64,000 nt of DNA from Thainema sp. Its GTDB lineage: Bacteria; Cyanobacteriota; Cyanobacteriia; Phormidesmidales; Phormidesmidaceae. Positions 60,418 to 64,000 of this stretch are shown here, piece after piece. The notes under the pieces are model-generated. The model did no database searches and was not told the origin of the DNA. It worked only from the letters and a program-made list of their open reading frames with translations. The stretch spans positions 32,001 through 96,000 of the forward strand of contig JBQLZK010000008.1 of assembly GCA_052168235.1 (NCBI GenBank). The letters are read 5' to 3'. The first letter of the stretch is position 1. Every line of letters starts with the position of its first letter. The position numbers were made by a program, and so were the translations under genes.

Positions 60418-61596
60418 ATGGCTATTATTTCGTCGCAGCAACCGTCGCCAGAGCCAAGAAAAACGCGATCGCAGGTGCGTGCGGCTTCGCCATTGTGCGG
60501 AGAATCCCCGTCCGTTGCTCCCGCACCAGAGCCACTGTTCCAGCATCAGCCCGATCAGACTGGCGATCAGCGCCATTCGGCGCTGTTAGAAGCGGATTCC
60601 CAACCTGATGAGTTTGGCAAGTCGGAAGAGGGTATTCGCCCCACTCGACTGTCAGAATACATCGGGCAAAAGGCGCTGAAAGAAGTGCTCGAAATTGCCA
60701 TCAAAGCCGCTCAGTCTCGGGGTGAAACGCTGGATCACCTGTTGCTGTATGGCCCACCCGGACTGGGAAAAACTACCATGTCGCTTATCCTGGCCGAAGA
60801 AATGAAGGTGAGCTGCAAGATCACCACTGCGCCAGCGCTGGAGCGACCAAGAGATATTGTAGGTCTGCTAGTCAACTTGAATCCGGGCGACATCTTGTTT
60901 ATTGACGAAATTCATCGGCTGCCGCGCATGACCGAGGAAATTCTGTATCCCGCGATGGAAGACCACCGGATCGACATCACCATCGGCAAAGGTCAAAGCG
61001 CCCGCACCCGTAGCCTGCCGCTGCCGCCGTTTACCCTGGTTGGTGCGACGACGCGAGTGGGAGCCTTAACGTCTCCATTGCGCGATCGCTTTGGTTTAAT
61101 CCAGCGACTACGGTTTTATGAACTGGATGAACTGACTGAAATCGTGCTGCGGACGGCTCAGGTACTCAGTACCGCCATTGAGCGCGAAGGGGCGACGGAA
61201 ATTGCCCGCCGCGCCAGGGGTACACCGCGTATTGCCAATCGTCTGCTGAAGCGGGTACGAGATTTTGTGGAAGTGAAGGCCGCCGGTATGGCCATTAATT
61301 CTGCGATCGCAGCCGAGGCGCTGGAACTTTTCAACGTTGATCCTTGCGGTTTGGACTGGACGGATCGACGGCTGCTGACGGTAATGATCGAAAACTTCAA
61401 CGGTGGCCCCGTTGGTCTCGACACAATGGCGGCAGCAACGGGCGAAGATGCCCAAACGATTGAAGAAGTGTACGAACCGTACCTCCTGCAAATTGGCTAC
61501 TTGCAGCGCACCCCGCGCGGACGTATCGCCACGGCAGCAGCCTGGGAACATCTCGGCTACCGCCCCCCCGAAAGTCAACTGCGATTGCTAAGCTAG
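60418..61596 (+). CDS. ruvB: Holliday junction branch migration helicase RuvB
   Basis: Motifs [41 protein letters not shown] and RTPRGR. Confidence 0.98.
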   Translation: MAIISSQQPSPEPRKTRSQVRAASPLCGESPSVAPAPEPLFQHQPDQTGDQRHSALLEADSQPDEFGKSEEGIRPTRLSEYIGQKALKEVLEIAIKAAQSRGETLDHLLLYGPPGLGKTTMSLILAEEMKVSCKITTAPALERPRDIVGLLVNLNPGDILFIDEIHRLPRMTEEILYPAMEDHRIDITIGKGQSARTRSLPLPPFTLVGATTRVGALTSPLRDRFGLIQRLRFYELDELTEIVLRTAQVLSTAIEREGATEIARRARGTPRIANRLLKRVRDFVEVKAAGMAINSAIAAEALELFNVDPCGLDWTDRRLLTVMIENFNGGPVGLDTMAAATGEDAQTIEEVYEPYLLQIGYLQRTPRGRIATAAAWEHLGYRPPESQLRLLS

Positions 61597-61607
61597 CCTA
61601 CGCTGTT

Positions 61608-61640
61608 GATGCGTTACGGCTAGCGCCTAACACATCCTAC
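61608..61640 (-). repeat. GTAG-type REP-like hairpin
   Basis: GATGCGTTACGGCTAGCGCCTAACACATCCTAC; sibling of 16119-16151. Confidence 0.6.
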
Positions 61641-61660
61641 GAAACTACAAAGCTGATTTT

Positions 61661-62353
61661 TTAAGCTTCCGAAAGCTGCTGTATAAATTCGCTATGTTCG
61701 CTAGTTGCCAATCCAGCTTGTAAAATCGTCAATACCTGAGCCATATTGCCAGCTAGCAGCTCGTTCACCGCGAGCCACAGTCCCGGAAACCTCGCGCTGC
61801 GAATCACACCGCTCTCATCAGTGGGTAGCTGTACGTATTCACCGTTCTGCAACGCAAACCAGTCGAGCCGTTGATCAAAAACTTGCCAGACAATGTATTC
61901 CTGCACGCCGTTGCGTCGATAGGCACGTTTTTTGTCGCCCAAGTCAATCGTTGCGCTACTGGCGGCAATTTCGACGACTAATTCTGGCGCTCCTTCAATA
62001 TAATCATCCTCACTGAGCCGAGTTTGGCCACCGCACTGCGGTTCAATCAGCAAGACCGCATCGGGTTGGGGGGCATTGTCTAGGTCTAGGCGAACCGTAG
62101 GAGTATCTCCAAGTTCTACGCCAGGCGTTGCTACTTTGTATGTCCAGAGCCAGCCCATAATATTACCGTGGGGTTGACCATGACTCCGAAAGCGCAACGC
62201 CGCTGGCATATAGACCACTCCCTCAATTAGTTCTGCTTTCTTTAACTTTGGCATCGCCGCAGAGCGTCGCTCAAACTCATAGCGATTGAGCCGATCGCCA
62301 TTTTCCAGCGGCGGAACTTTAAACGGCAAGGATGAAAGCTGGAATTGAGCCAT
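61661..62353 (-). CDS. Uma2 family endonuclease
   Basis: Motifs PLENGDRL, AELIEG, PQPD, GAPELVVEIAASS and YRRNGVQEY. Confidence 0.92.
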   Translation of the reverse strand: MAQFQLSSLPFKVPPLENGDRLNRYEFERRSAAMPKLKKAELIEGVVYMPAALRFRSHGQPHGNIMGWLWTYKVATPGVELGDTPTVRLDLDNAPQPDAVLLIEPQCGGQTRLSEDDYIEGAPELVVEIAASSATIDLGDKKRAYRRNGVQEYIVWQVFDQRLDWFALQNGEYVQLPTDESGVIRSARFPGLWLAVNELLAGNMAQVLTILQAGLATSEHSEFIQQLSEA

Positions 62354-62528
62354 GATTTTCTCTACCAGTCGCGTTCTAGCTACATACAGTCTACCGATTG
62401 GGCCAATTTGTGCTGCTATATTCTCCCCTGCTTTCCTGCCCCTTTGCCCTCCTATCCACTACCGCTAGCAGCCACTACCCTACAATGAACAGGTAAGTAA
62501 TTATGCTGTCACTACGCGATCGCAACTC

Positions 62529-63344
62529 ATGAAAATGCTGCGCTGTTTATTGGTTCTCTGCTTAATTGGATTGCTCAATCTGATTGCTGTACCCATGCCC
62601 TCGGCTTGGGCTGACGATGCTCCGCAGTGGAGTGAAGCCGAAATTGAGCAGTTGGAAGCGCTGGATCAGCAGGCATTTGCCGCCGCTCGGCAGGGAGATT
62701 TTGCCCAGGCGGAGCAGGCTTGGACAGAAATGCTGGAAATTATGCCAGATAACGCCGCCATCTGGAGCAATCGCGGCAATGTGCGGGTGAGTCAAAACAA
62801 AATTGAGGATGCGATCGCAGATTACAACCAGGCCATTGAGCTAGCACCGGATGCCGCCGATCCCTACTTGAACCGAGGTACAGCCTGGGAAGCCCAGGAG
62901 AAATGGCAGGCTGCGATTGATGATTACAATCGCGTATTAGACATTAATCCTGAGGACGCGGCGGCCTACAACAATCGAGGCAATGCGGAAGCGGGATTAG
63001 GACAGTGGGAAAATGCGATCGCAGACTATAAAAAAGCCTTTGAACTGAATTCAAATTTTGCGTTTGCCCGCGTCAACTATGCCCTCGCTCTGTACCAAGA
63101 TCAGCAAACCGATTTGGCAATTAAAACGCTGCGAGATTTAACCCGGAAGTATCCGAATTTTGCCGATGCACGGGCTGGACTGACGGCAGCGCTCTGGGCA
63201 GAGGGCAAACCGGGAGAAGCCGAAAGCAACTGGGTTGCCGTGACGGGGCTGGATTCTCGCTACAGAAATATTGACTGGGTGCGGAACGTGCGCCGCTGGC
63301 CGCCTGCAATGGTCGAAGCGCTGGCGACATTTTTGAGCCTCTAA
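62529..63344 (+). CDS. Exported TPR protein
   Basis: Signal peptide plus tandem TPRs (NRG...AIADY..A). Confidence 0.9.
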   Translation: MKMLRCLLVLCLIGLLNLIAVPMPSAWADDAPQWSEAEIEQLEALDQQAFAAARQGDFAQAEQAWTEMLEIMPDNAAIWSNRGNVRVSQNKIEDAIADYNQAIELAPDAADPYLNRGTAWEAQEKWQAAIDDYNRVLDINPEDAAAYNNRGNAEAGLGQWENAIADYKKAFELNSNFAFARVNYALALYQDQQTDLAIKTLRDLTRKYPNFADARAGLTAALWAEGKPGEAESNWVAVTGLDSRYRNIDWVRNVRRWPPAMVEALATFLSL

Positions 63345-63359
63345 CCCTTAATCCACAAA

Positions 63360-63401
63360 GCAGATGGCCGCCGCTGATGCGGCGGCCATCTGCTCTTTTT
63401 T
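63360..63401. terminator. Hairpin, probable terminator
   Basis: GCAGATGGCCGCCGC-TGAT-GCGGCGGCCATCTGC followed by a T-run, between convergent genes. Confidence 0.65.
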
Positions 63402-63404
63402 GTC

Positions 63405-63983
63405 TTATAGCCCAATCGATGCACAGGGGACTAAGCGAATATTCTGCCCAAATCCTCCTGGGCCTGTTTCTGAAATCCAGCCGCGAATGCCGAATCGCTC
63501 AATCGGTGTCCAAATTCGTCCCCGCTCAATGGGTGGCACTGTTTGGGTGACGCGCGTTCCGGTAATGCGGAAGCCCTGTCCAGGCGATACACCCCCAATC
63601 GTAAAGGCTTGCGTATTGGGCTGGGTGTTAATGGCTAGATTGGCTTGGGCAATGCCGCAGCCGATCACTGGCCCGGTTGGCGGAGAGGGGGGCGGTACAG
63701 GTGGAGGGGCCGGAGTGGAAAAGCAGGGCACCAAGAAGGCCGTCAAAATAAAGCCAGTGACAGGTTGGCTAATCCGAATCCAGCCAAAGTCGGGCTGATT
63801 GACTGGGCCAGCCAGCGTCAACCGAGTCCCCGTAGGCACATCTCGTAAGCGAGCAGCGGCCAAGTCCGCACTACTGTAGATCCGTTCGAGACGGCGAGTT
63901 TGACGGCACTGTCCTGCCAAATTTTGGGCCAGTAGCTCAGATTCTGCCGCGTCGAGAAGACTGGAATTTGGGTCGTCCGGCAT
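63405..63983 (-). CDS. SH3-like domain protein with a Pro-rich linker (N-terminus may lie beyond the window)
   Basis: Two modules ending GWIRI...GFI and WT.I......GWIS, separated by PPPVPPP. Confidence 0.65.
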   Translation of the reverse strand: MPDDPNSSLLDAAESELLAQNLAGQCRQTRRLERIYSSADLAAARLRDVPTGTRLTLAGPVNQPDFGWIRISQPVTGFILTAFLVPCFSTPAPPPVPPPSPPTGPVIGCGIAQANLAINTQPNTQAFTIGGVSPGQGFRITGTRVTQTVPPIERGRIWTPIERFGIRGWISETGPGGFGQNIRLVPCASIGL

Positions 63984-64000
63984 TGGGGTTGAAATCAGCG

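Larger units (their letters stand above)
1..64000. repeat. HIP1 octamer GCGATCGC, dispersed
   Basis: Dozens of copies in coding and intergenic DNA; a hallmark of many cyanobacteria. Confidence 0.95.

Overview
This is a 64-kb chromosomal window from a cyanobacterium, probably a filamentous Leptolyngbya-like strain. The assignment rests on psbO, cyanobacterial-type ppc, pentapeptide and Uma2 genes, and dozens of HIP1 octamers (GCGATCGC). The backbone is ordinary: DAHP synthase, ppc, an RND pump, a DASH cryptochrome, TldD/PmbA, a SNF2 helicase, a U32-family protein, psbO and ruvB. I saw no rRNA, tRNA or CRISPR array. The unusual content is small mobile DNA. (1) About nine long intergenic palindromes have mostly unrelated sequences but one shared architecture: AT-rich outer arm, GC-rich inner stem and usually a 3-nt loop closed by GC. 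Several sit inside different MITE-like terminal repeats. (2) A REP-associated tyrosine transposase (RAYT) carries the same perfect 28-bp GTAG palindrome upstream of and inside its own reading frame, and other GTAG-type REPs are scattered through the window. (3) A three-layer nested repeat insertion adds about 98 codons in frame to a GH3-family gene. (4) Accessory, mostly AT-rich gene modules have HIP1 sites at their edges. (5) Three antitoxin genes have lost their toxins just after the coupled start codon. Other leads are a Cys/aromatic-rich small peptide, a GNAT plus reductase pair resembling the bacterial ceramide bCerS/CerR enzymes, and an MBOAT paired with a repeat-containing SGNH protein. 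All product calls come from motif recognition by eye; no database searches were run.
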